A stretch of 57,945 nucleotides of DNA from an uncultured Elusimicrobia bacterium (GTDB taxonomy: Bacteria > Elusimicrobiota > Elusimicrobia > UBA1565 > UBA9628), in assembly GCA_964529095.1 (NCBI GenBank), contig CAZGVK010000093.1, positions 1-57,945 on the forward strand. Reading direction: 5' to 3'. Below, in pieces: positions 18,143-27,874 of this stretch. How positions within the stretch are numbered: the stretch's first letter is position 1; each line of letters starts with the position of its first letter. A model generated the notes under the pieces. That model had not been told where the DNA came from and searched no databases. It saw only the letters and a program-made list of their open reading frames with translations. A program made the translations under genes and the position numbers.

Positions 18143-20827
18143 ATGCACAATCAAGCCAAGGTCCACCAAGACGCGCCATCTTCCGCGCTTCTTGATTTTT
18201 TTCTGCCGCTGCACAACGCTTTTGAGCCTCGCCGCCGTCTCCTGCTTGACGCGCGCCGGCGATCTCTTGAAAATGCGCATGCGGGCGTGCTGCCAGGCTA
18301 TCTTCCGGCGTCAGAGGCGACTGCTGGAAAATGGCGCTTGGCGGTGCCCTCATGGGCGCAAGACCAGCGCAACCAGATTACCGGCCCAGCCGACAACGCC
18401 AAGCTTCTTGTCGCGATGTGCAATACCCAAGATCCCGGCTGCATGCCCGACGGCGAGGACTCGATTACGGATGATTGGGATCATGTGAGGACGGCCCATC
18501 GCAATACGGTCGCCGCGATCAAGGGCACCTTGACCTTTACCGACGCTTCCGGCAAGAGGGTGGCAATTAAGCCCTCACGCCAGGTCATGTTTTACCGACC
18601 CCGCGGCCTTCACCTGCATGAGACCAACCTGGTCGCCGTTGGCGCCGTCTCCGCGTCGCTGTTCGATCTTGCCGCTGTTTTTTTCGAAACCGCGGACAAG
18701 CGCCGCGAGGCCGCAAAAAAGGCGGAGCGGCAGGCCAAGCTGTGCTTCTATATTCCCAAAACGGAGTCGTTTGAAGAGGCGGCCTGGTTTTCCGACATGA
18801 TTGCGGCGATGGAAACGGCTATCGGCATCCCTGTCGGTACGACCAAAATAATGTTCCTGATTGAATCGCTTCCAGCGGCCCATCAGGTTGAGGAGATTTT
18901 ATTTGCGGCGCGCCGCCACGCTATCGGTCTCAACCTCGGTCGTTGGGACTACATGGCGAGCATTCTTCATTTCAAGCTGGCCGATCCGGATTGGATTCTT
19001 CCCGACCGCAACACCATACCCCACGACATTCCTTTTTTCCAGAACATAAGAAAGCGAATCGTGGACGCTTGCCATCGGCGAGGGGCGCTCGCCATCGGCG
19101 GCATGAGCGCGTTGTTCCCGGATCGCACGAATGCGGAAGTCAACGCGCGTGCGCAGGAACGGCTTATCGCCGACAAGAAGAACGAGTCTCAAATTGGCTT
19201 TGACGGCGCTTGGACGGGTCATCCCGATCAACACAAGGGTGCCATTTCCCAGTTTCCCCTCCCCAATCAACTCTCAATCAAGCACGCAAAGGCCAAGCGC
19301 CTCGACCTCACGCCCTCGCCTGTCGGCGTCGGTGCGATCACTGTTGCCGGCACGCGCGATGCGATTCGGACCTGCATCGAATACCGTTTCGGCGTACTCT
19401 CGGGCCTTGGCGCGCGCCTGATCAAGGGCTACGACAAGACCGGCGCTTTGATCGGCAATTTCATGGAGGACTTGGCGACCGACCGAATCTACCGTCTCAT
19501 GATTGCCCAGCGCGTTCGCCACGGCGTCGTGACGGCCGAGGGCGTGAAGATATCGTCTGAGCTCGTGGATGCTTGGTTCGATGAGGAACTCCGGAATATT
19601 TTGGCTGCGAATTCAGGAGCCGCTTCGGCGGATCAATACAAGCAAGCCAGCGTGTGGAGCCAGCAAATGATCAAGCAAACAGCCGCGCCTAAACCCGTAG
19701 GAATTAAAACCTGGAAGTATCCCGCCGCCGAATTCGCGAAGATGTATGCGCCTGCCGAGAAGGGACATCCCGCCGACAAACTGCGCGCGCTTCTAAAGAA
19801 AAAATCAGCCAACCGCTTTAAAAATCCGGCGCAGTCCTTCCTGCACACTGCGGGCGCTTACGATGCGATAACCGCCTCGTTGCTCACGGATCTCGGCTTT
19901 GAGGCAATCTACGCCAGCGGCTGGCAGTTGGCCGTCGCCCACAACATGTATCCCGATATCGGCATCTACCCGTCGCATCAGATGGTCGATCTGGCGCGTG
20001 AACTCGTGCGCGGCATTGAGGGCACCCGCGACCGTCACTTTTATGATGATGACGGAAAAGTTCTCAATACGCCGCCGATCTTCGCCGACATCGAGGCTGG
20101 GTTCGGCGGACCGACCCAAACATTTACGCTGACGCGCGAGTTGATCCGCGCGGGCGTGGGCGGCGTTCACCTTGAAGATCAGGATCCGGCGGAGCGCACG
20201 TGCGGCCACATCGTGGCGCACCACGGCGTCAAGCGCGAGAAGGTTCTCGTGCCGACCAATAAGTGGATCGAGAAGCTCATCGCGGTGAAGGCTGCGGCAC
20301 AGGCTGCCGAAACGAACCTGGTCGTGATCGCGCGCACCGATGCAGTCGACGGCGCGGTCCCTGGCGGTCGGACCGGCAGTGTCGCGCACGCGATCGACCG
20401 CGCGCTTGAGGCGGCTTCGCTCGGCGTTGACGTGATCTGGCCTGAGTTCAACAACACCGATATCGAGGGGCCGCAGGAGTTTGCCGAGGGTGTGCATAAA
20501 TATTATCCGAACCAGATACTCGGATTCAACCTCTCTCCTTCGTTGCACTGGGGCAAGGCCAAGAAGGACGGCGTTTTAATCACCAATGAGATGTTGGGAA
20601 AAATAGGCTTTACGCTCCAGTTCTCGACCTTGCTCGCCTTTCGCACGATCGGCATGGCGCTGGAAAGTTCCCTGAAAAGCTTCCGCGAGCGCGGCATTGA
20701 CGCGCTCGCAGACCTGCAGATTTCAGAGATCGCTCAACCCAACGGCGAGCCGCGTACCCGCATGCACCAGAAGTTCGCCGGCACCAACCGCTGGCTCACG
20801 CTCGAGAAAGTCAGCAGGGGCGCATGA
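18143..20827 (+). CDS. Bifunctional malate synthase (N-terminal, A-type) and isocitrate lyase (C-terminal) fusion
   Basis: 894 aa. The N-terminal 520 aa or so carry malate synthase A features (ITGPAD, PDGEDS, GGMSALFP, FDGAWTGHPDQ). The C-terminal 335 aa or so carry ICL features (SGWQ, YPD..IYP, ADIEAGFGG, LEDQ...CGH, VLVPT, ARTDA, NLSPSLHW, LQFSTL). Confidence 0.85.
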   Translation: MHNQAKVHQDAPSSALLDFFLPLHNAFEPRRRLLLDARRRSLENAHAGVLPGYLPASEATAGKWRLAVPSWAQDQRNQITGPADNAKLLVAMCNTQDPGCMPDGEDSITDDWDHVRTAHRNTVAAIKGTLTFTDASGKRVAIKPSRQVMFYRPRGLHLHETNLVAVGAVSASLFDLAAVFFETADKRREAAKKAERQAKLCFYIPKTESFEEAAWFSDMIAAMETAIGIPVGTTKIMFLIESLPAAHQVEEILFAARRHAIGLNLGRWDYMASILHFKLADPDWILPDRNTIPHDIPFFQNIRKRIVDACHRRGALAIGGMSALFPDRTNAEVNARAQERLIADKKNESQIGFDGAWTGHPDQHKGAISQFPLPNQLSIKHAKAKRLDLTPSPVGVGAITVAGTRDAIRTCIEYRFGVLSGLGARLIKGYDKTGALIGNFMEDLATDRIYRLMIAQRVRHGVVTAEGVKISSELVDAWFDEELRNILAANSGAASADQYKQASVWSQQMIKQTAAPKPVGIKTWKYPAAEFAKMYAPAEKGHPADKLRALLKKKSANRFKNPAQSFLHTAGAYDAITASLLTDLGFEAIYASGWQLAVAHNMYPDIGIYPSHQMVDLARELVRGIEGTRDRHFYDDDGKVLNTPPIFADIEAGFGGPTQTFTLTRELIRAGVGGVHLEDQDPAERTCGHIVAHHGVKREKVLVPTNKWIEKLIAVKAAAQAAETNLVVIARTDAVDGAVPGGRTGSVAHAIDRALEAASLGVDVIWPEFNNTDIEGPQEFAEGVHKYYPNQILGFNLSPSLHWGKAKKDGVLITNEMLGKIGFTLQFSTLLAFRTIGMALESSLKSFRERGIDALADLQISEIAQPNGEPRTRMHQKFAGTNRWLTLEKVSRGA

Positions 20828-20948
20828 GTCGACTCGGGGAGCAGCGCCTCCGGTTTTTAGTAGGCGCGCCGCGCGAAGGCGTTTCCACTAAAAGAAGTTG
20901 CAACAGAAATATGATTCAATAGCCGTCGCCTGTCGGGCTCTCCAAACT

Positions 20949-21683
20949 ATGGCTCTGACAAAAGAAGTTCTCCAAGCGCTCGTCGCCCTTCAAGAGCAAG
21001 ATAGGCATCTTGACTCCATACAGGCCGAGATCGACGCGGTGCCGCCGCGCATCGCAGCGCTCAAGGCCGACCTCGAAGGCGAAAAACAGCGGCGAGACTC
21101 GGCAAAGGCGAGGAGAGTCGGGCTCGAGAAAAACAAAAAGTCTTCGGAGCTCGATGTCGCGGTCAAGGACGAAGCCGTGCGCAAGCACTCCGCCCAACTC
21201 AACGACCTTAAATCCAATGATGCGTACAAGGCGATGCAGGCTGAGATTGAGGCCGAGAAGGCCGCCGCCGGCGACATCGAAACCATTATCCTGCAGATCA
21301 TGGAAGACCTCGATAAGGCTCAGGCCGAGGAGAACGTCGCGACCGTCGAATTCAAGAAGGCTGAAGAATTTTTTCACAAGGACATCGAAAAGTTGGAGGC
21401 GGAGATGTCCTATGCGAAGGGCCGCTTTGATACCGCAAAAGTCGAGCGCGACACCGTCGCCGCGCTTGTTGCCGCCGTCGAACTCAAGATATACAATCAC
21501 ATCCGTAGCCGCGGCAAGCCCGACGCGGTCGTGCCTGTCGTCGCCGGTCACTGCGGCGCTTGCCAGATCACTCTCACGTCGGCGCTGATTATCGAGGCCT
21601 CAAAGCTCAAAACCTTGGTCACCTGCGAAAGCTGTCAACGCATCCTGTACAGGCCCGAGATGCTTGTCGCGACGGTGGCATAA
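20949..21683 (+). CDS. Coiled-coil / C4 zinc-ribbon protein (COG1579/DUF164-like)
   Basis: Start placed at MALTKEVLQAL. Long coiled coil followed by CGAC...CESC zinc-ribbon cysteines. Confidence 0.75.
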   Translation: MALTKEVLQALVALQEQDRHLDSIQAEIDAVPPRIAALKADLEGEKQRRDSAKARRVGLEKNKKSSELDVAVKDEAVRKHSAQLNDLKSNDAYKAMQAEIEAEKAAAGDIETIILQIMEDLDKAQAEENVATVEFKKAEEFFHKDIEKLEAEMSYAKGRFDTAKVERDTVAALVAAVELKIYNHIRSRGKPDAVVPVVAGHCGACQITLTSALIIEASKLKTLVTCESCQRILYRPEMLVATVA

Positions 21684-21689
21684 AATTTC

Positions 21690-22045
21690 AGGGACGGCCG
21701 GAGGGCCGCTGGTCCGCAAGGACGGGAGGAACTTCCGGACTCCGTAGAGCGTGATGCCCGTTGAAAGGCGGGGAGGCGGGGCCCATAAGCCCCGTCGACG
21801 GAAAGTACCACAGAAAATAACCGCCCTCGCGTGAGGGTAAGGGTGAAAAGGTGGGGTAAGAGCCCACCGCGGCCGCCGCGAGGCGTCCGGCAACGGTAAA
21901 CCCCGTCGGGAGCAAGGCAGTGGGGCGGAGGGCGCTGCTCGCGCCAGAACTCGCGCAAGCGAGTCGCGGCCGCCCGGTAGCCGCTGAGAGAAATGGTCCT
22001 CGAGCCCGCAAGGGTGGACAGAATCCGGGGTACAGGCCGTCCCTG
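21690..22045 (+). ncRNA. rnpB: RNase P RNA, bacterial type A
   Basis: Conserved blocks read directly: GGUAAGGGUGAAAAGGUGGGGUAAGAGCCCACCGCG, CCACAGAAAAUAACCGCC, GGUAAACCCC..GGGAGCAAGGC and GGACAGAAUCCGGGGUAC. The P1 termini pair (GGGACGGCC / GGCCGUCCC). The overlapping track ORFs are artefacts. Confidence 0.9.
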
Positions 22046-22057
22046 ATTAAAATCAAG

Positions 22058-22087
22058 GAAGCGGGTCCGCGAGAGCGGGCCCGCTTC
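22058..22087 (+). terminator. Stable 13-bp stem with a GAGA tetraloop just downstream of rnpB
   Basis: gaagcgggtccgc-gaga-gcgggcccgcttc, with one G-U pair. There is no U-tract after it, so it may be a processing or stability hairpin rather than an intrinsic terminator. Confidence 0.45.
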
Positions 22088-22116
22088 TGCCTGCGCGATG
22101 ATGTAAAATCCACTTC

Positions 22117-23088
22117 ATGTCTTTCCCAATGACGCGCCTGCGCCGCCTCCGCTCAAGCCCCACGCTTCGCGCTTTGATTCGCGAGACGGAACTGTCCGTC
22201 AAGGACCTCATTTTTCCGCTGTTCATTCGCCCCGGCCGCGGCGAGACGAGGCCGATCTCCTCTCTGCCCGGGCACTTCCAATACTCAGTGGACACGGCGG
22301 TGAAGGCCGCCGGCGTCGCGGTGAACGCGGGCATTCCCGGCCTGATCCTCTTCGGCATTCCAGAGACGAAGGACGCGAAAGCCTCCGGTGCCTACGCGGA
22401 CAACGGCATCGCGCAGAAGGCCGCCAAGGCGATCAAGGGCCAATATCCGGATCTCCTGCTGATCGCAGATCTGTGCTTCTGCGAATACACCGATCACGGC
22501 CATTGCGGCATCGTGCAAGACGGCCGAGTGCTTAATGATCCGACCCGAGCGCTCGCGGCCAAGACCGCCGTGTCGCAGGCGAAGGCCGGCTTCGACATTA
22601 TTGCGCCCTCGGGCATGATGGACGGCCAGGTCGCCGCAATCCGCAAGTCCCTCGACGCCTCAGGCTATCTCGACACACCGATCCTCGCTTACGCCGCCAA
22701 ATACGCGAGCGCCTACTATGGACCTTTCCGCGAAGCGGCGGAAAGCCCACCTTGTTTCGGCGATCGCTCGACCTACCAGATGGATCCGGCCAACTTCAAC
22801 GAGGCGTTGCGCGAGGTGGCGCTCGATGTCGAGGAGGGGGCGGATATGGTGATGGTCAAGCCCGCCCTGCCCTATCTCGACGTGCTCAAAGCCGTCAAGA
22901 CGCGCTTTAGCCTGCCCACTGCGGCCTATCAGGTGTCGGGAGAGTTTGCGCTGATCAAGGCCGCGGCCGCCAACGGCTGGGTCGACGAGAAGAAGATCGC
23001 ACTCGAGTCATTGACTTCCATCAAGCGCGCCGGCGCCGATTTTATCATCACTTACTTCGCGCTCGAGGCGGCCCGGTGGCTCGCATGA
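22117..23088 (+). CDS. hemB: Porphobilinogen synthase (delta-aminolevulinate dehydratase)
   Basis: 323 aa. RLRRLR, the active-site region [12 protein letters not shown] (Schiff-base Lys), and YQVSGEFA. Confidence 0.95.
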   Translation: MSFPMTRLRRLRSSPTLRALIRETELSVKDLIFPLFIRPGRGETRPISSLPGHFQYSVDTAVKAAGVAVNAGIPGLILFGIPETKDAKASGAYADNGIAQKAAKAIKGQYPDLLLIADLCFCEYTDHGHCGIVQDGRVLNDPTRALAAKTAVSQAKAGFDIIAPSGMMDGQVAAIRKSLDASGYLDTPILAYAAKYASAYYGPFREAAESPPCFGDRSTYQMDPANFNEALREVALDVEEGADMVMVKPALPYLDVLKAVKTRFSLPTAAYQVSGEFALIKAAAANGWVDEKKIALESLTSIKRAGADFIITYFALEAARWLA

Positions 23089-23142
23089 AAAAATTTCAAT
23101 GAGCGCCGACGGACACGGCGACAGCCTCAATCGGGAGCGGCG

Positions 23143-24492
23143 TTGAAGCCGGCCAATCTTAAGAAGTTGTTTGCGCGCGCTCGCCGGTCGCTTGTCGGAG
23201 GCGTCAATTCACCGGTGCGCGCCTTCAAATCGGTCGGCGGGACGCCGCTCTTCGTGCGCTCCGGCGCCGGCGCGCGTCTTCAGGGCGCCGACGGACGCTC
23301 GTATGTGGACTTCTGCCTTTCATGGGGCCCGCTCATGTTCGGTCACGCGCGGCGCGAGATCGTCACGGCAGCCCAGGCCGCTATGGCTCGCGGCTCGACC
23401 TTCGGCGCTGCGACCGAGGCCGAGTTTATTCTCGCCGAGAAGATCATCTCCGCCCTGCCTTCAATCGAGCTGGTGCGCATGACAAGCTCCGGCACCGAGG
23501 CGAGCATGAGCGCTGCGCGCGCCGCGCGCGCGTTTACCGGACGCGATCTCATTATTAAATTTGCGGGCTGTTATCATGGGCATGCAGACTCCCTGCTGGT
23601 CGCCGCCGGTTCAGGCGCCACCACGCTTGGAATTCCCGATTCGGCCGGCGTGCCGAGGGCCGTGGCGGCCACCACCGTGGTGGTTCCGTTCAATGATCTT
23701 CAGGCCGTCAGGAACGCGTTTAAAAAATACCCCGGGAAAATTGCGGCTCTTTTTGTCGAGCCCATCTGCGCCAACATGGGCGTCGTATTTCCAGCCGACG
23801 GATTCTTGGAGAAACTTCGACGCATCACGAAAAAAGAAAAAGCATTGCTTGTTTTTGATGAGGTCGTCACCGGCTTTCGCTTGGCTTACGGCGGCGCTCA
23901 AACTCTTTTTGGCATAAAACCTGATCTCACGATTTTAGGAAAAATCGTCGGCGGCGGCCTGCCCCTGGCTGCGTACGGTGGGCGCAAGGACGTGATGTCC
24001 ATGATCTCACCTGAGGGTCCGGCGTATCAGGCGGGAACCTTGTCCGGCAATCCGGTCGCCGTCGCAGCCGGAATCGCGATGCTTGACTTGCTTAAGCGCT
24101 TGAACCCTTATCCGCGAATGGCAAAGCTCACGGAACACTACTGCGCGGGCCTGCGCGACGCGGCGATCGCCTGCGGGGTGCCGGTGCGCATTCAATCGTT
24201 CGGTTCAATGTTCACCCCCTTCTTCATTGACGGCGGTCCGGTCACCGATTACGCGCGCGCCCTCCTGGCCGACAAAAAATCATACGGACGCTTCTTCCAT
24301 GGCATGCTCAAGGGCGGCGTGTACCTGCCGCCGGCGCAGTGGGAGGCGGCTTTTATCTCCTACGCGCATACTGAACGCGAGCTTGATTTTTCTCTGTCAG
24401 CCGCACGCAACGCTCTGAAATCAATTGGGGGCGGCCACTTTAAGACGACACGCCTCTCCTCCCGACCACCGGCGCCTAAGCCCTATCAATGA
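23143..24492 (+). CDS. hemL: Glutamate-1-semialdehyde 2,1-aminomutase
   Basis: 449 aa with a TTG start. GGVNSPVRAF, MTSSGTEA, DEVVTGFR and LGKIVGGGLP (PLP Lys). Confidence 0.95.
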   Translation: MKPANLKKLFARARRSLVGGVNSPVRAFKSVGGTPLFVRSGAGARLQGADGRSYVDFCLSWGPLMFGHARREIVTAAQAAMARGSTFGAATEAEFILAEKIISALPSIELVRMTSSGTEASMSAARAARAFTGRDLIIKFAGCYHGHADSLLVAAGSGATTLGIPDSAGVPRAVAATTVVVPFNDLQAVRNAFKKYPGKIAALFVEPICANMGVVFPADGFLEKLRRITKKEKALLVFDEVVTGFRLAYGGAQTLFGIKPDLTILGKIVGGGLPLAAYGGRKDVMSMISPEGPAYQAGTLSGNPVAVAAGIAMLDLLKRLNPYPRMAKLTEHYCAGLRDAAIACGVPVRIQSFGSMFTPFFIDGGPVTDYARALLADKKSYGRFFHGMLKGGVYLPPAQWEAAFISYAHTERELDFSLSAARNALKSIGGGHFKTTRLSSRPPAPKPYQ

Positions 24493-25559
24493 TAAATCCA
24501 TTGATGAAATGGGTCGAGATAGACCTGTCCATAATCGCCGGCAACGCCGCGTGGGTTAAAGCCCAGTTGCCCAAGGGTGCGGGCTTTGTCGCTGTCGTGA
24601 AGACCGATGCCTATGGGCACGGGGCAGTGGAGGTCGCAAAGGTTGTCCTTAAGGCCGGAGCGGAGCGCCTCGGCGTGCGCGACCTCGCGGAAGCCGGCGT
24701 CCTACGAAAGGCAGGCATCACCGCGCCGATTCAGATGCTAGCTCCCTTCCTCCCTGAGCAGTCCGCCCTTGCCGTACGCTTGGGAGTCATCCCGGTGATC
24801 GACTCCCTCACACAGGCCAAGGCGCTCTCGCGCGCAGCGCGCGGCAGAGGCGTGCGCCTACAGTTGGATCTCGACTTCGGCCTCGCGCGTTGGGGCCTCG
24901 CTCCAAAGAAGTTGCCCGCGTTGATGAAGACGCTTGGCTTATTGCCGGGCATAACGGTCGACGGCATCTCAACACATCTCGGGTATATGCCCGGGAAAAA
25001 TGCCGTCGAGGCTGAAGATAAACTAGGCGCTTTTGAGAAGCTCGCGGCCCCCTATAAGCGCCGCGATCCGAAATTACGCTTACGCGCGGCCAACTCGACT
25101 GTCTTTATGGATTTTCCGCATCGCCGCTTCGATCTTGCCTGCGTTGGGAATCTGCTCTACGGCATCAACCGCTCAAAAATACAACCGCCTGCGCTCAGGA
25201 TGCCATGGCGTTTTTTTGCGCGGGTGATCTCAGTGCGCGAGGTCTCAAAAGGATCCTCCATTGGCTACGCAAGCGAGTATCTCGTCCCTCGTCGCATGAC
25301 AGTCGCGACCTTGCCCGTCGGGTACGCAGACGGCCTCACGATGCAGCCTGTCGAGCGCTTGATCGGTCTGGGCGCCAAGCAGTCATTTTGGGCAAAGCGC
25401 TGCAACTCTCGCCTGAACTTTGTCGGGCGCTGCGGCATCTCGCATGTCCTCATCGACGCAACTGACCTGCCTCAAATCAAGCCCGGCGACGCGGTCGAGC
25501 TTCCTGTTCGCCGCACGGCCGCGCATGCTCCACGCGTCTACCTCACGCCGGCATCCTAA
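24489..25559 (+). CDS. alr: Alanine racemase
   Basis: 356 aa with the PLP-lysine motif VVKTDAYGHG and the C-terminal beta domain. ATGA overlap with hemL. Confidence 0.85.
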   Translation: MINPLMKWVEIDLSIIAGNAAWVKAQLPKGAGFVAVVKTDAYGHGAVEVAKVVLKAGAERLGVRDLAEAGVLRKAGITAPIQMLAPFLPEQSALAVRLGVIPVIDSLTQAKALSRAARGRGVRLQLDLDFGLARWGLAPKKLPALMKTLGLLPGITVDGISTHLGYMPGKNAVEAEDKLGAFEKLAAPYKRRDPKLRLRAANSTVFMDFPHRRFDLACVGNLLYGINRSKIQPPALRMPWRFFARVISVREVSKGSSIGYASEYLVPRRMTVATLPVGYADGLTMQPVERLIGLGAKQSFWAKRCNSRLNFVGRCGISHVLIDATDLPQIKPGDAVELPVRRTAAHAPRVYLTPAS

Positions 25560-25569
25560 GAACGGACGC

Positions 25570-27831
25570 CTACTCGATGTTTCCGTCGCTCGGCAACGAG
25601 AGCGCGTCAGGATCGTCATTCGGCCTGAGAGCCGGGGAGGCAGCCGCAGTCGACGGCACGACCTGGCCGTAGCCGGCGCCGGGCAAAGCCGTCGAATGAA
25701 TGGAGTCGGTCGCGACCTCGATGATCGTCGATCCAATATTGTTCGGGTCGCAGTACTCTTTAGGCTCGGTCCCTTGCGCGAACGCCTCAAGAATCTTGTT
25801 GGCTTTAGGGCACGCCGGCTGATAGAGCAACCCCTGTACTTTGTCAATGGCCGAGAAGACTATGCCTGAGGGCACGGGGAAGTCGCGCTTCGGATAATCC
25901 TTCAAAATTGCGCCCATAATCTCAGTCCACCAGGGCACGACGGTGGATCCTCCGGTCCAATCCTTGCGGCCGAGCGCGCCAAAATCGTCATAACCCATCC
26001 ACGCGCCTGCGACGAGATCGGGCGTAAATCCAATAAACCAGAGGTCTCGGTTATCATTGGAGGTTCCGGTCTTGCCGCCGATCGCGCGGCCAAGTCTGTT
26101 CGCGTAGATTCCCGTGCCGTTCTGCACGACGCCTTTTAGCAGATTTGTGACGAGATAGGCGAGTTGCGGCGTCATCGCCTCGCGATCGGACGGGATGTGG
26201 CCCTCAAGAGGCTTACCGCTTGAGTCCTCGGCGCGGTCGAGCGTATAAGGAGTGACCGCGATACCTCCATTGGCGAAAGTGCCGAAGGCTGAGGTCATCT
26301 CAAGCGGAGTCACGACGGAGGCGCCGAGGCCGAGAGCGGGGATCGGTTCAAGACTGGAATGGATGCCGACGCGCTTGGCCAGCTCGACAACGAGCGGCGG
26401 GCCGACCTGAGTGATCAAATTGATCGAGGCGATGTTGCGCGAACTGGCGAGCGCTTTGCGTAAGGTGATTTGCCCCAGGAACTTGCCGTCAAAATTGTTC
26501 GGCACCCAAATTTTAAAGTCGGGCGATGCGGAAAACGGCTGGGTTGCCAAGTTGATCGAGTAATAGTCGGTCGCGCCCTCAAGCAGGCGCCAGTCGCGGC
26601 CATCGGTGTAGAATGCAAGCGGGGAGTCGTTGACCATCGAGGCGGCAGTCATGCCTTCGCTGAGCGCTGCGGCCCAGACGAACGGCTTAAACGTCGAGCC
26701 GGGCTGGCGCTTTGCCTGGGTCACGCGGTTGAAGTGCGAGTCGCGCCCGCCGATCATCGCGCGCACAGCGCCAGTCTTGATATCAATGATGACAAACGCG
26801 CCTTGTATCTTCGCGAGCGGCGCGGTCGAAATATCGGGTGAAAAAGACTCTCCTGTCGCGAGAAGATCCTGAATCTTCTTGTCGTGCTCGGCCTGAGCCT
26901 TGATGTCGAACGCGACGAGAGCTTTTTCCATGATCGCTTCGGCCTTCTTCTGCATGTCCAGATCAAGCGTCGTATAAACCTTAAGCCCGCCGCGCCAAAC
27001 GGCGGCTGTTCCATATTGACGCTCCAAGCGACGGCGCACGTGCTCGACGAAAAACGGCGCTGACGAATTGAAATCGGGCGGCTTCTCAAGAGGCACCGCC
27101 GTGGCGGACGCCGCGTCGGCCTCAACTGAAGTCGTGAGCTTCTCATCGAGCATTCGCTGAAGCACGACCGCGCGTCGGCGACGCGCGTTTTCGGGCTTAA
27201 AAAATGGAGAATTGGCGCGTGGCGCGCGGATGAGGCCCGCGAGCAAGGCGCAGTCGGCCAAGGTCAACTCCGCGACTTCTTTGCCGAAGTAATTATGCGC
27301 CGCGGACTGGACTCCATAAGCGCCTTCGCCGAAGTAGACCTGGTTGAGATACATCTGAAGAATCTCGGGCTTGGAAAAGTTTCGCTCGATCTCGAGCGCC
27401 AACAGTATTTCACGCAATTTGCGCGTGAACTTGCGCTCCGGCTTAAGGAATATCTGCTTGGCAAGTTGTTGGGTGATGGTGGAAGCGCCCTGCACGACAC
27501 GCCGCGCAAGAATATTTCGCAGAGAGGAGCGCAGGATACCCTTCGGCGAGATGCCCCAGTGTTTAAAGAAGGCGTCATCCTCTACGGCGATGACGGCATT
27601 TTGCAAATCGACCGGGATTTTAGACAGCGGCAACAACGCGCGCTTTTCGATGGAAAGTTCCGAGATCACAACGCCGCGAGAGTCGTAGACGCGCGTGGTC
27701 AACGAGGGCATATAGTCCTCGAGGGTGTGTATCGGAGGCATCCCCTCTAAGAGTTGGCGCAGGTAACCGGACCCGGCGACAACGGCGAGCAACGCTGCAA
27801 CCACAAGAAAGTAAAAACGAACGCGGGTCAT
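25570..27831 (-). CDS. Class A penicillin-binding protein (PBP1A-type transglycosylase/transpeptidase)
   Basis: 753 aa. GT51 motifs (AVIAVEDDAFFKHWG, GASTITQQL, RKLRE) and transpeptidase motifs (STFKP, SRN, KTGT). Confidence 0.9.
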   Translation of the reverse strand: MTRVRFYFLVVAALLAVVAGSGYLRQLLEGMPPIHTLEDYMPSLTTRVYDSRGVVISELSIEKRALLPLSKIPVDLQNAVIAVEDDAFFKHWGISPKGILRSSLRNILARRVVQGASTITQQLAKQIFLKPERKFTRKLREILLALEIERNFSKPEILQMYLNQVYFGEGAYGVQSAAHNYFGKEVAELTLADCALLAGLIRAPRANSPFFKPENARRRRAVVLQRMLDEKLTTSVEADAASATAVPLEKPPDFNSSAPFFVEHVRRRLERQYGTAAVWRGGLKVYTTLDLDMQKKAEAIMEKALVAFDIKAQAEHDKKIQDLLATGESFSPDISTAPLAKIQGAFVIIDIKTGAVRAMIGGRDSHFNRVTQAKRQPGSTFKPFVWAAALSEGMTAASMVNDSPLAFYTDGRDWRLLEGATDYYSINLATQPFSASPDFKIWVPNNFDGKFLGQITLRKALASSRNIASINLITQVGPPLVVELAKRVGIHSSLEPIPALGLGASVVTPLEMTSAFGTFANGGIAVTPYTLDRAEDSSGKPLEGHIPSDREAMTPQLAYLVTNLLKGVVQNGTGIYANRLGRAIGGKTGTSNDNRDLWFIGFTPDLVAGAWMGYDDFGALGRKDWTGGSTVVPWWTEIMGAILKDYPKRDFPVPSGIVFSAIDKVQGLLYQPACPKANKILEAFAQGTEPKEYCDPNNIGSTIIEVATDSIHSTALPGAGYGQVVPSTAAASPALRPNDDPDALSLPSDGNIE

Positions 27832-27874
27832 GGGTGCCTGATTCTACTATTAAGAGAGTTGGTACACTCTGCGC

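Noticed and set aside
21600-22358. Track ORFs overlapping 21688..22113 (for example the 141-aa minus-strand ORF).
   Set aside because: The region is the RNase P RNA gene, and the ORFs are artefacts of its GC-rich sequence.
27858-27874. TGGTAC-N-GC upstream of the G3P dehydrogenase-like gene as a sigma54 promoter.
   Set aside because: Only the GG and GC dinucleotides fit, and the TTGC part of the -12 element is missing. It also ends at the start codon, leaving no room for a leader.
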